The notes: generated by a model not told the origin, from the sequence alone. A DNA stretch of 64,000 nt from a virus (IMGVR_UViG_3300025723_000033:2441-66440); one strand, 5' to 3'. Shown: positions 37,060 through 46,630, numbered from the stretch's first letter. Translations and numbers: made by a program.

Positions 37060-37617
37060 TTGAAGATAGGACTCAGTCAACGAATCCTATATCATCGGGG
37101 AAGAGCGTACGACTCAATCGAGCATGGATGGTATTCATACTTGAACGGGCATACGCTCTTTTTTATTCCCAACAGTTTAGATCAAAATTTCCAACAGACA
37201 GCAGACACACTAGACGCATTTGTTATCACTGGTGGTGATGATAACACTATAAGAAGAACAGTAGAAACAAAATTAGCGTCGGCCATGATGCAACGTGGTA
37301 AACCTGTAGTAGGCATTTGTCACGGGGCATTTTTACTAACCAATTTACTAGGCGGAACAGTTGTGGATGTAGATTTACACATGGAACAATTGCATCCAGT
37401 GATGTATTTTGGAGATGTAAAAATTGTCAATAGTTTTCACAACATAGCCATTGACAAATTGCATGAAACAGGAACTGTGTTGTGCACAGATGAACTAGGA
37501 CACATAGAAGCCTGGATAGATGGAACATTAGCAGGGGTGGTCTGGCACCCAGAACGCATGGATCAGCCATGGATACCAGACGAAATTGAAACTTTACTTT
37601 TTAAGGAAAACAAATGA
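37060..37617 (+). CDS. Class I glutamine amidotransferase / peptidase C26-like protein
   Basis: Start TTG 37060 (KIGLSQR); ITGG, GICHG nucleophile, WHPE. Confidence 0.85.
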   Translation: MKIGLSQRILYHRGRAYDSIEHGWYSYLNGHTLFFIPNSLDQNFQQTADTLDAFVITGGDDNTIRRTVETKLASAMMQRGKPVVGICHGAFLLTNLLGGTVVDVDLHMEQLHPVMYFGDVKIVNSFHNIAIDKLHETGTVLCTDELGHIEAWIDGTLAGVVWHPERMDQPWIPDEIETLLFKENK

Positions 37618-38591
37618 AAAAAATACTAACACTAATACTTGCTACCGCATGTGTATTAGCGCAGGCTTGGGAACCCACCAAACCAGTTACAGTTATTATA
37701 GGCAACTTACCCGGTGCCGGCAATGAAATTGCATTTAGAAAACTAGCAGAGATTGTACAAAAAACGGATCCTAAATTTGTTTATGTGGTACAAAATATTC
37801 CTGGTGCCGATAGCGTAATTGCACAAAATAAGTTTTTAACAGAGCCAGCAGATGGATACACAATTAATCTTCCAAGTCACATGAGCACATATGTGACCAA
37901 TGATATTTGGGAAAAGAAAGTTAAAAAGTTCAAGTACGATGATTTTGTTGATGTACTCACTATGGGTAAATCGCCGTTGGTATTAGTGGCCAGCACAAAA
38001 AGTACAATTACTACCCCGGAAGAATTTATACGACTTATCCGTGTTACCTCTGGACCCATTAATATAGCAGTTGGAGGCGGAGCACATCGTACGGCATTTG
38101 AGTATTTGATGGAAAAAGGCAACGGTAACAGAGATCAGGTCAAACCTATCAAATTTAACGGACCAGCACCAGCGGTACAGAGTGTGGCACAGTATGATGG
38201 CAAGACTGGAACAGAGTTTGGTATCATGCCCATTGCAGTTGCCAAACCATTGGTAGACGCAGGCAAAGTCCGTGCGATTGGATTTACTGGCACAAGACAA
38301 ATGCCACAATTTCCTGATGTGCCTTTGTTGCGAGATGTGGCACCTGGCATCAACGTCTATGCTGCTTGGAGTATCGAACTACCTAAGGGTACACCAAAAG
38401 ACATAGTTGAGTGGTACACTAAAAACTTTGTGGCTGCTATCAAAAGTCCTGAGTATAAAGAATTTATGGATGCCAATGTAATATTCTACGAAGAGAAAGA
38501 ACTCACTCCCGAAGGCCTAAGAAAGCAAATGAATTCTCTACGCACCACATTTTTACCAGTGCTTGAAAAACTTGATTTGACCAAAGAATGA
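37614..38591 (+). CDS. tctC: Bug/TctC tripartite tricarboxylate transporter substrate-binding protein
   Basis: Signal peptide; WEPTKPVTVII...PGAGNE; VQNIPGA; PQFPDVP; PKGTPKDIVEW. Confidence 0.85.
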   Translation: MKKILTLILATACVLAQAWEPTKPVTVIIGNLPGAGNEIAFRKLAEIVQKTDPKFVYVVQNIPGADSVIAQNKFLTEPADGYTINLPSHMSTYVTNDIWEKKVKKFKYDDFVDVLTMGKSPLVLVASTKSTITTPEEFIRLIRVTSGPINIAVGGGAHRTAFEYLMEKGNGNRDQVKPIKFNGPAPAVQSVAQYDGKTGTEFGIMPIAVAKPLVDAGKVRAIGFTGTRQMPQFPDVPLLRDVAPGINVYAAWSIELPKGTPKDIVEWYTKNFVAAIKSPEYKEFMDANVIFYEEKELTPEGLRKQMNSLRTTFLPVLEKLDLTKE

Positions 38592-39208
38592 AATATATCT
38601 TTATGACCGGTGCTCCAGGATCAAAATGGAGTAGTGTAAGCAAAAACATCTACTACAGTCCTGAAATTGATCGTTCGGACTGGAGTGATACAAGAACGTA
38701 TTATCACGATGCATCGGGCTCCATGCAACTCATGCACATGGGTGCCTACTTTGATCCAGGTATGGAGTTTGGTGGTTTCTTTAATGAAATTGATCGCTAC
38801 ACACGAGAACGTTGCGAAGCAGAATTTGATCGTCCGTTTACAGGTAAAGGAGTACGTATCATTAAAAGTCATGTGTTTGCACACAACATTGATTTTTTAA
38901 AAAACTACTGGCCAGATTGTCCCATTGTGTTAGTGCAACGTCCAGATGATGCTTGCCTGGGTTGGTGGGTCAAGTGCGGTCATTTTACTATCACATATCC
39001 AAAATATGATCAATACTATCAGGATTTACGCACAATGTCTCAGATTATACCTGCACAAAATCGAGCAATACAAACTGCCATATGGCGGTACAAAGGGTAT
39101 ATTGTGAATACTAATAGGGACTTGGCCAAAGCGTTAAATATACAACCGCCGCCTGCAGAGTATGAACAAAACTACGGGGCGGACGACATAAGGGTAACAG
39201 TAATATGA
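38588..39208 (+). CDS. P-loop/sulfotransferase-like hypothetical protein
   Basis: FMTGAPGSKWSSV; IIKSH; LVQRP. Confidence 0.5.
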   Translation: MKYIFMTGAPGSKWSSVSKNIYYSPEIDRSDWSDTRTYYHDASGSMQLMHMGAYFDPGMEFGGFFNEIDRYTRERCEAEFDRPFTGKGVRIIKSHVFAHNIDFLKNYWPDCPIVLVQRPDDACLGWWVKCGHFTITYPKYDQYYQDLRTMSQIIPAQNRAIQTAIWRYKGYIVNTNRDLAKALNIQPPPAEYEQNYGADDIRVTVI

Positions 39209-39876
39209 AACAAAGCAGCTGGGATAAACTAAAACAAAAAAGCACATATCACTTTGATAGTACCATTGCAGATCAAAAAAATGATGTAATCACTGAACTA
39301 GGCAGCATCCAAACAGACTTCTCTCAAGATGTGGAAGCCATTGTTCAAGATTCCCGACCAGCCAACTGGGAAACCAGAGGATTCAAAGGCGAAGCTACTG
39401 ATGTGCCACGTCCAGAACTAGAAGAAGAAGAATACGACATTGAACGTGTGGGAGCAGATCCCAAGATGATTATTACCAATCTTGCCTGGAAATTGTCTGA
39501 CCGGTTGCAAAAGATTGCAGATGCGTTTGCACTAGAAGATCAAATGAATCGCATACACGTGCAGATGCCAGGACAAGTTTGGAATCTGCATATTGATAAA
39601 TTGTACAAGTGGTTTCCTAGCGATCCAGATCGTGTGGGAAGATATTTTATTCAACTCACTGACTGGGAAATGGGGCAGTTTTGGCAGTATGGCACCTATA
39701 ACTGGAGCCACTGGCAGGCCGGCAGTGTGACAACTTTTGACTGGGAAAATATTCCACACTCAACAGCCAATGCTGGATTCTATCCCAGAGTCACACTACA
39801 GATTACAGGAATTAAAACTGCAAAGACTGAACAATTTTTGCAGACACTGGCTCAACAACTTTTTGTGATTGCATGA
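39205..39876 (+). CDS. 2OG-Fe(II) oxygenase (Asp/Asn beta-hydroxylase-like)
   Basis: LHID...IPHSTANAG...RVTLQITG (HxD...H plus R). Confidence 0.75.
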   Translation: MKQSSWDKLKQKSTYHFDSTIADQKNDVITELGSIQTDFSQDVEAIVQDSRPANWETRGFKGEATDVPRPELEEEEYDIERVGADPKMIITNLAWKLSDRLQKIADAFALEDQMNRIHVQMPGQVWNLHIDKLYKWFPSDPDRVGRYFIQLTDWEMGQFWQYGTYNWSHWQAGSVTTFDWENIPHSTANAGFYPRVTLQITGIKTAKTEQFLQTLAQQLFVIA

Positions 39877-40529
39877 AAAAACTATTGATCGTAACTGGTC
39901 CACAAGGGTCAGGCAATCATTTTTTTAGTCGTGTGCTGAGCATGCATCCTGATGTTGAAGGATGGTCGGAACTATTAGACAACTACTGGATACCTAGTGA
40001 CGAAGAACCTTTTGCTGAATTTTGGGTAGATCCAGATAAACTAACTCCAGGGTTTTTTAAGAAAAGCAACAAAGATTATTTCTTGGCCAATGTTAGTTGC
40101 CCATTTTTCTTCAATGGTGTAAGACATGTTCCTAAAATTCTTGAAGTGGCCAATCGAGCACAGTTGTTTGGTTTAGAAGTACAAATTGCTATCATAGTTC
40201 GTGACCAAAATATCAATCAAGTTCAGCAACTCAGAGTACGCAAGGAGCATACCACACCTATTGCACAAGATTATTATTACAATGTGTTGTTGAATTCTGA
40301 CTTTCCTGTGCATTTTTTGGATCATGAAGCGTTCTTCTTACATAAAGAACATTACGTACACTGGGTTGGTCAACTGTTGGGATTTCCCGTAGTCACAGAT
40401 CCTGAACGTCTGATGAAATTTGTCACAGAAGATGCCAATCACAAATATATAAAACACATAGAATCGCACTGGTTAGATGAACTAATTTTGGCTGGATGCC
40501 GACCGACTCGACAAGAAAGATTAAAGTGA
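39873..40529 (+). CDS. P-loop/sulfotransferase-like hypothetical protein
   Basis: LIVTGPQGSGNHFFSRVL; IVRD. Confidence 0.5.
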   Translation: MKKLLIVTGPQGSGNHFFSRVLSMHPDVEGWSELLDNYWIPSDEEPFAEFWVDPDKLTPGFFKKSNKDYFLANVSCPFFFNGVRHVPKILEVANRAQLFGLEVQIAIIVRDQNINQVQQLRVRKEHTTPIAQDYYYNVLLNSDFPVHFLDHEAFFLHKEHYVHWVGQLLGFPVVTDPERLMKFVTEDANHKYIKHIESHWLDELILAGCRPTRQERLK

Positions 40530-40951
40530 CCAAACGTATACTAATAATGGGCTTACCTGGATCTGGGAAGACTACCTTAGCAAATAGTCTTAAACTAGAA
40601 TTACAACAAGCAGATAAAATTGTAACATGGTTCAATGCCGACGATGTCCGTAAACAATACAACGACTGGGATTTTAGTCACGAAGGACGCATTCGTCAAG
40701 CTGGACGTATGAAAATATTAACAGGTTTATCACTTGCTGAGTTTGCTATTTGTGATTTTGTTGCACCATTGCCAGAACAACGCAATTTATTTGATCCTGC
40801 ATGGACTATTTGGGTAGATACTGTATCTGAAGGTAGATTTGCAGACACAAACAAATTATTTGTACCGCCCAAAAAATATGATTTCCGTGTTACGGAACAA
40901 GATTCCAAACGCTGGGCAAAAATAATTGCTGGTACACTATTGAAAATATGA
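40526..40951 (+). CDS. cysC: Adenylylsulfate (APS) kinase-like protein
   Basis: GTG start 40526; GLPGSGKTT, FNADDVR, DFSHEGRIRQ, FVAPL, FVPP. Confidence 0.75.
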   Translation: MTKRILIMGLPGSGKTTLANSLKLELQQADKIVTWFNADDVRKQYNDWDFSHEGRIRQAGRMKILTGLSLAEFAICDFVAPLPEQRNLFDPAWTIWVDTVSEGRFADTNKLFVPPKKYDFRVTEQDSKRWAKIIAGTLLKI

Positions 40952-41814
40952 TACTTCCAGATTTGTTATTAACTACTCGTGCCAATCAACACTGGCAGTT
41001 CAGTGGCATGGACAGTTTAGAACAATGTCAAATTAAAAATTATTTTAAATCGTACCCCTATACATTTGACTATGTATATAACAGCCGAGGTTTTCGTGAC
41101 GTAGAGTGGCCCAATGATATTGATCAATTAAAAACGGCCATATGGTGTGTGGGAGATAGTTTTACAGAAGGAATGGGATGCCCTGCTGATCATGCATGGC
41201 CTTACATATTAAAAAAACGAACTAGTATTAAAACCATTAACGTAAGCATGGACGGTGCAAGTAACACATGGATAGCAAGAAAAACTGTAGACATTCTTAA
41301 AGAAATTAATCCCGAATATATCATACTACATTGGAGTTACTTACATCGACGAGAAATAAGTCAACAGGAAATATGGGAAAAAGAAGCAGACCGTGGTTGG
41401 AGAGAATTATACACTATGTTCCGGGAACCCGGGTGGCCTGACTGCGAAACAGTTGTTGACTCTAAAAAATTACCGGATTATATGCAAGAAAAAATAGCAT
41501 CTCATTGGGTTGATCCATCTTATACCGACGAAGAACGTAGGCGAACCGACACCCGATCTACAATAGAACAAGATTTAGAAAATTTCAATGATTGTTTGAC
41601 CAGTGTCAATGCTGCTAATCAAAATACAAAAATAATACATTCTTTTATTCCCAATTTTACTAAAAGCAACAATTTACAATCTATAATTGAAAGCATTTTA
41701 CCAGCAACCAAGGTAGTGCCTTATTTTGATAATTTAGATCTAGCCCGAGACGGGCATCATTATGACATCAAAACTGCCACGCATTTAGTCAATCAATTGA
41801 TCAAGTTAATTTAG
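40948..41814 (+). CDS. SGNH-like protein, paralog B
   Basis: YNSRGFRD.EWP, IWCVGDSFTEG, INVSMDGASN, DLARDGHH. Confidence 0.55.
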   Translation: MILPDLLLTTRANQHWQFSGMDSLEQCQIKNYFKSYPYTFDYVYNSRGFRDVEWPNDIDQLKTAIWCVGDSFTEGMGCPADHAWPYILKKRTSIKTINVSMDGASNTWIARKTVDILKEINPEYIILHWSYLHRREISQQEIWEKEADRGWRELYTMFREPGWPDCETVVDSKKLPDYMQEKIASHWVDPSYTDEERRRTDTRSTIEQDLENFNDCLTSVNAANQNTKIIHSFIPNFTKSNNLQSIIESILPATKVVPYFDNLDLARDGHHYDIKTATHLVNQLIKLI

Positions 41815-42955
41815 GTGTGATATGCCACTGCTGAATTTCATCATAGGCTAGTTGGTTAATGTCGTATTGGTTGTAAGGTTCGCCTATACCTTTGATTAGG
41901 CTATGTTCGTCGGTCATGCAGAAATTATAAGCATCCACGCATTCGTCAAAGTTTTTTATCAATAATTTTTTTTCCAGCATGGTTTGTAATTTGATTGGCA
42001 CTCCGGTTGGCATTATACCATCCCTGACTAATTCATCAATGGCAGTAATGCTGTTTTTATAGCTAGTTCCGTGCTCTAAGATAAAATTTTGATCAGCAAG
42101 AGTTAAATTTTGTGGAATGTTTTCTTGTGCAATACTTTGTAATTGTAAATTTTCAAAAGTTAGTTCGGGCGTATCATAAGTTAACAATGGTGATTTTTTT
42201 GTGTCTATCAACTGACCTATTCCACTGAGATCACTGCCTAAATAGTGGCAACGATTCCAGTCGTTGAATTCAACTTTGAAAATATCTTTCCAGGTTTTTT
42301 TACTAGATTGTCCATTGAAAATATTTAAATTTAAAATGAACTTTTCAATATTTGGCAAATCGTTTTCATAGTTAAAATAAGTGTTTACATGAAAATGACG
42401 GTCTACCCAATCTAAGTAATCTTTATAAACATACAGATAGTGTCCAAGAGTTGCAGGATTAACGGTAATTTTATTTTGATACAAACTGGCCAACACATTT
42501 ATTTTTTCTTGATGACTGTACACATTAAGTCGTTTGGACTCTAAAAAAATACACCAGCTAAGGGCATGTTCTAATAGATTTCGTCGGCGAGCACTTATAA
42601 TAAAAAAGTTGTCATTGATATAATTATAAAAAGGAATTTGATCAGCGATTGTGTCTGCACGATTTATAATATGATAATGAGCCATTCTGGAAGTTTTGTA
42701 ATGCTCAACAGTCCGTAAATGCTCGGTAATCTCAGACAAAGTCTGGTGTTTACTATTATTAAATTTTCCTGGCCTGCCACATGGCCCTAAAACCGTTTGA
42801 TGAAATACCGTGCTGTAGTAGCGGTGTAGACCATTCAATAATTCATGAAGATTGATAACCGGACGATCAAATTTGTGTGCTACCATATACACAGTAATTA
42901 ATCGTTGTAGTAAGGTGCTGCCTACCCGATCTGGCGTTAATATCAATACATTCAT
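41801..42955 (-). CDS. Sulfotransferase-like P-loop protein, paralog B
   Basis: Start reassigned to ATG 42955: MNVLILTPDRVGSTLLQR, same as the 34255 protein. Confidence 0.55.
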   Translation of the reverse strand: MNVLILTPDRVGSTLLQRLITVYMVAHKFDRPVINLHELLNGLHRYYSTVFHQTVLGPCGRPGKFNNSKHQTLSEITEHLRTVEHYKTSRMAHYHIINRADTIADQIPFYNYINDNFFIISARRRNLLEHALSWCIFLESKRLNVYSHQEKINVLASLYQNKITVNPATLGHYLYVYKDYLDWVDRHFHVNTYFNYENDLPNIEKFILNLNIFNGQSSKKTWKDIFKVEFNDWNRCHYLGSDLSGIGQLIDTKKSPLLTYDTPELTFENLQLQSIAQENIPQNLTLADQNFILEHGTSYKNSITAIDELVRDGIMPTGVPIKLQTMLEKKLLIKNFDECVDAYNFCMTDEHSLIKGIGEPYNQYDINQLAYDEIQQWHITPKLT

Positions 42956-42960
42956 AATTT

Positions 42961-42981
42961 TATTTATAGTCAGAATAAATA
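42961..42981. promoter_or_regulatory. Back-to-back late promoters
   Basis: TATAAATA on minus (42961-42968, 5 nt before ATG 42955) and TAAATA on plus (42976-42981). Confidence 0.7.
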
Positions 42982-43006
42982 CTTGCTTACGAATCAAGGA
43001 TTATCA

Positions 43007-43618
43007 ATGCAGATTAATCAGCAACAACTATCACAAATACTTCCGGGCAATCCTTACATAGAGCACTGGTGTGAGGCACTTAACAAAATATTGCCAGATT
43101 ATGATATAATTACTCCACAACGTACTGCAGCATTTTTAGCACAGTGCGCTCACGAATCTGGTGGATTTACTGCACTGCATGAAAACCTTAACTATCGTCC
43201 AGAAACACTTTGCAATGTATGGCCACACTATTTCAATGCCAGTAATGCCAATGACTATGCGCATCAACCAGAAAAGATTGCCAACAGAGCCTATGCAGGT
43301 CGCATGGGCAATGGTGATGAAGCATCCGGCGATGGCTGGAACTATTGTGGACGCGGACTTATTCAATTGACAGGCAAGAACAACTATCAGGCTTTTGCTG
43401 ACAGCATACAGACTGATATCAGTCAAATTCCGGCCTATCTTCAGACATTTGAAGGAGCCATACAATCAGCTTGTTGGTTTTGGGAAAACAACAATTTAAA
43501 TGCCTGTGCTGATGCCGGTGACATTGTGAAGATGACCAAAATCATCAATGGCGGTACACTAGGGCTGGACGATCGTACTGCACGGTACAATCATGCCTTG
43601 CAAATATTAGGATCATGA
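43007..43618 (+). CDS. Glycoside hydrolase family 19 endolysin
   Basis: AAFLAQCAHESGGF...LHENLNY; GRGLIQLTGKNNY; SACWFW; MTKIINGG. Confidence 0.92.
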   Translation: MQINQQQLSQILPGNPYIEHWCEALNKILPDYDIITPQRTAAFLAQCAHESGGFTALHENLNYRPETLCNVWPHYFNASNANDYAHQPEKIANRAYAGRMGNGDEASGDGWNYCGRGLIQLTGKNNYQAFADSIQTDISQIPAYLQTFEGAIQSACWFWENNNLNACADAGDIVKMTKIINGGTLGLDDRTARYNHALQILGS

Positions 43619-43619
43619 C

Positions 43620-44255
43620 ATGAGTACATTAGGTTGGCTTATAAGTTTTATTCCAGATGGATTTTTTATCTGGATAACTTATATATTGTTTGCATTGGGA
43701 TTTGCATTGTATGCGATTAGCAAGGTCATGGACTGGCTACCTCGACTTTACAAACTACCAGACATATACAGACTTCCTGTTGAAATACTGGGTGTGGTTA
43801 TGCTTGTGGCAGGTGCCTACTTGTTTGGCAGTTATGGCACAGAGATGATCTGGCGAGACAAAGTCAAAGAAATAGAAGATCGTGTCAAAGTAGCCGAAGA
43901 AAAATCACAACAAGTAAATACAGTTGTTCAAACAAGAGTAATAACTCGCATAAAGGTCATTAAACAAAATGTCTATCAAAACAGAGAAATTATTAAAGAA
44001 GTTGTGGGCAAACAACTTGATGCCAGTTGTACTTTGCCTCAGTCTACAGTCGTGCTCCACGACAGTGCCAGTCGTAATGAAGTGGCCGGAGGTGCCTCCA
44101 GCACTGATGGAACCCCCTCCACTGTTAAAGCCAGTGAGCTCCTTGACACCGTCGTTGTCAACTACGGCACCTACTACGAAGTAGCCGAAAAATTAAAAGG
44201 ATGGCAAGAATGGTACCGCTCGCAAAAAGCTATCTTTGAGAATCTACAACAATGA
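43620..44255 (+). CDS. Rz-like inner-membrane spanin
   Basis: N-terminal TM segments, coiled coil, CTLPQSTVVLHDSA; directly after endolysin. Confidence 0.7.
   Translation: MSTLGWLISFIPDGFFIWITYILFALGFALYAISKVMDWLPRLYKLPDIYRLPVEILGVVMLVAGAYLFGSYGTEMIWRDKVKEIEDRVKVAEEKSQQVNTVVQTRVITRIKVIKQNVYQNREIIKEVVGKQLDASCTLPQSTVVLHDSASRNEVAGGASSTDGTPSTVKASELLDTVVVNYGTYYEVAEKLKGWQEWYRSQKAIFENLQQ
43969..44184 (+). CDS. Rz1-like outer-membrane spanin lipoprotein embedded in +1 frame of Rz
   Basis: VVLCLSLQSC lipobox followed by Pro-rich STTVPVVMKWPEVPPALMEPPPLLKP. Confidence 0.65.
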   Translation: MSIKTEKLLKKLWANNLMPVVLCLSLQSCSTTVPVVMKWPEVPPALMEPPPLLKPVSSLTPSLSTTAPTTK

Positions 44256-44650
44256 AACAACTCTTATTATTATCTGTGCTGTTGTTGAACGGTTGTGCCC
44301 TGTATGACGCTTACACAATGACCAAGTATGATCCCAACGAATACAAGCTCATAACAGAAATTAGATCGGATGCACAACAAGCAAAGACTGACTGCAGCGA
44401 CACAGACACCAGTAGAGTCAATGCTGTAAACTTGGCATCAAAAACACACATGTTTGTGCTCTACAGTGAGCATGTGCCCAAGAACAAGGATGTTATTGTG
44501 GCCAGCACTGAACTTGATGCCATTGCACAAGGGTTATCAAAACAATACTTAAAAACTACCGTGAGTTCAGTTTTTTGTCGTATCAAATTTGAAAATGTAG
44601 AAACATCTGCGGATTACATGCAGAAAATCATAGGAGCCAGACCAAGATGA
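44252..44650 (+). CDS. Putative lipoprotein
   Basis: MKQLLLLSVLLLNGC lipobox. Confidence 0.7.
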   Translation: MKQLLLLSVLLLNGCALYDAYTMTKYDPNEYKLITEIRSDAQQAKTDCSDTDTSRVNAVNLASKTHMFVLYSEHVPKNKDVIVASTELDAIAQGLSKQYLKTTVSSVFCRIKFENVETSADYMQKIIGARPR

Positions 44651-44907
44651 GTGTAGAACAATATCAACAACAACTGCAATCAGCATATGGTGGATCACAA
44701 GATCCAGATGTACAATCAACTGCCCAACAGGCAAATCAGTACACCGAACTGTTCAAAGCAGGACAAATTACTAAAGATGAATATCTCCAGACTCTAGCAG
44801 ACCTGCAAAGGATTGCCATGATACATCGTAGTATAGACAATATGCAAGCTATGGAATATTTGAATACTGCAATAACAGGGCTTATAAGTCTAGCTAGTCT
44901 TGTGTAA
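44647..44907 (+). CDS. Hypothetical protein (86 aa)
   Basis: ATGA-coupled ORF. Confidence 0.7.
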   Translation: MSVEQYQQQLQSAYGGSQDPDVQSTAQQANQYTELFKAGQITKDEYLQTLADLQRIAMIHRSIDNMQAMEYLNTAITGLISLASLV

Positions 44908-44938
44908 ATATAGTTTATAACTATAACAAGGAGCGGCA

Positions 44939-45529
44939 ATGGCATTATTAGATTCGGTATTAAACCTAATTACTAAACAACCACTAGATCCCAACGCGGT
45001 CAAACCCCCTGTGGGATCACGAAGTGAACGCGAGGCCCGCATAAAAGACAAGGCTGGCATGGTAATCAGTATTTTTGCTTTAATATTAGCAGTTAATTCT
45101 TGGTACGGTGGCAAATTAAGCAGCATAACTTTGAACAATACCATTGCAGCCAATGATGTGTGGAGCTTTTATGAAGCCAAAAGTATCAAACAGATGTTGG
45201 CCGAACAAAGTCTAGATGATGCAGTGGTACGCAAAGACACAGATAAAATTGCCAAGCTTGAAGCAAAAATTGCCCGTTACGAAAGCGAGCCTGCTACCGG
45301 CGAAGGCAAGCGAGAACTCATTGCCAAAGCCAAACAGTTAGAAGCCGAACGCGACCATGCCAAAAAGCAAAGTCCCTGGATTGGATTTGCAAGCACTCTA
45401 TATCAATTATCAATAGTTGTATTATCCGCAAGCATCTTGGCAGTAAGTATGGAAATGTTCTGGGGTAGCTTTTTTGTAGCTGGCCTGGGTCTATTACTTT
45501 CAGCACAGGGTGTGTTCCTCTGGTTCTAA
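44939..45529 (+). CDS. DUF4337-like membrane protein
   Basis: TAAATA 44905; NDVWSFYEAKSIKQ; C-terminal TM segments. Confidence 0.7.
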   Translation: MALLDSVLNLITKQPLDPNAVKPPVGSRSEREARIKDKAGMVISIFALILAVNSWYGGKLSSITLNNTIAANDVWSFYEAKSIKQMLAEQSLDDAVVRKDTDKIAKLEAKIARYESEPATGEGKRELIAKAKQLEAERDHAKKQSPWIGFASTLYQLSIVVLSASILAVSMEMFWGSFFVAGLGLLLSAQGVFLWF

Positions 45530-45541
45530 GGAGCCCGGAGT

Positions 45542-46438
45542 GTGGATCCACTAACGCTATTTGCTCTAGCTAACGGAGCAGTAGCAGCTGTTAAAAAAGG
45601 CTGCCAACTTTACAAAGACATCAAAGGTGCCGCTGGCGATGTCAAAGCCGTCCTCAAGGATCTTGACGATCAATTTCACAAAGCGCATCCTCCTGGCACT
45701 CCTGTCAGTGTCGAAGTTAAAAATCAATATGTGGCAGAAAAAAATCGTGTCATTGATCTAAACAAAAAACAAGGCGAAACAGCTGGCATTTATACAGAGT
45801 TAGGCAACTATCTTGGTGAATTCTTTGATGCTATGACCAAGTGCATGACAGTGATCGAAGAAGAAGAACGCAAAAATAGAGAAGAGTTATACGAAGGTGA
45901 ATCAAGCCTAGGCAAACGAGCATTGCAACTAGTGCTGATGAAGAAACAGCTTGAACAAATGAAAATTGAACTGCGTGAAATGATGATCTACAATGCTCCT
46001 CCTGAATTGGGTGCTTTGTGGACCGATGTCAGTGAAATGATGAAATCAATAGGAGCAGAACAAACAATTTTGCTCAAGAAAAAACTGCGAGATGAAGAAA
46101 GAATAGCAGCAAGAAAAAAACAACGATTCAAATTGTACATGACAGAATTAAGTTATGGAGGGATAGCCTTTGCCTTGGTAATCACTATGATATTATTAAT
46201 GGCTTGGATATCGCACGATAGACGTCAACGTTGGCCTGAATTAGAACCCGCTGTACTTGAACAAAAACGCGAAGAACGAAAAAAATTAAAATTATTGGAA
46301 TTAGAAGAATGGCAGGCTAAACAAAAAGCTGACGATGAATATTATATCAAACATCAACAAGATTTTGTGAATTCACAGCGAGCCAAAGAAGCTAGTGAGG
46401 ATTTGCCAAGCGAAGATAAATCACAAGAACAACAATAG
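45542..46438 (+). CDS. Hypothetical coiled-coil membrane protein
   Basis: GTG start (MDPLTLFALA...); one TM segment near C-terminus. Confidence 0.7.
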   Translation: MDPLTLFALANGAVAAVKKGCQLYKDIKGAAGDVKAVLKDLDDQFHKAHPPGTPVSVEVKNQYVAEKNRVIDLNKKQGETAGIYTELGNYLGEFFDAMTKCMTVIEEEERKNREELYEGESSLGKRALQLVLMKKQLEQMKIELREMMIYNAPPELGALWTDVSEMMKSIGAEQTILLKKKLRDEERIAARKKQRFKLYMTELSYGGIAFALVITMILLMAWISHDRRQRWPELEPAVLEQKREERKKLKLLELEEWQAKQKADDEYYIKHQQDFVNSQRAKEASEDLPSEDKSQEQQ

Positions 46439-46538
46439 CCACCGTCCATAAGCATAGACAAATTCCTGCTAGTCCCCAAAAAAATATTCGAAGAGGCATT
46501 TCTAAAATCCAATCAGTAAAACTATTATTTTTGTCCAT
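46392..46538 (-). CDS. Small membrane protein (48 aa, missed by ORF track)
   Basis: MDKNNSFTDWILEMPLRIFFWGLAGICLCLWTVAIVVLVIYLRLANPH; own TAAATA at 46546-46551 (minus). Confidence 0.6.
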   Translation of the reverse strand: MDKNNSFTDWILEMPLRIFFWGLAGICLCLWTVAIVVLVIYLRLANPH

Positions 46539-46630
46539 AAGCTAATATTTAGGCTTTTGGGGTGTAACAAATACATAACACATAACTTCACCAAAAATAA
46601 TAAATATTTAGAACAAAAACAGGAGCTGCA

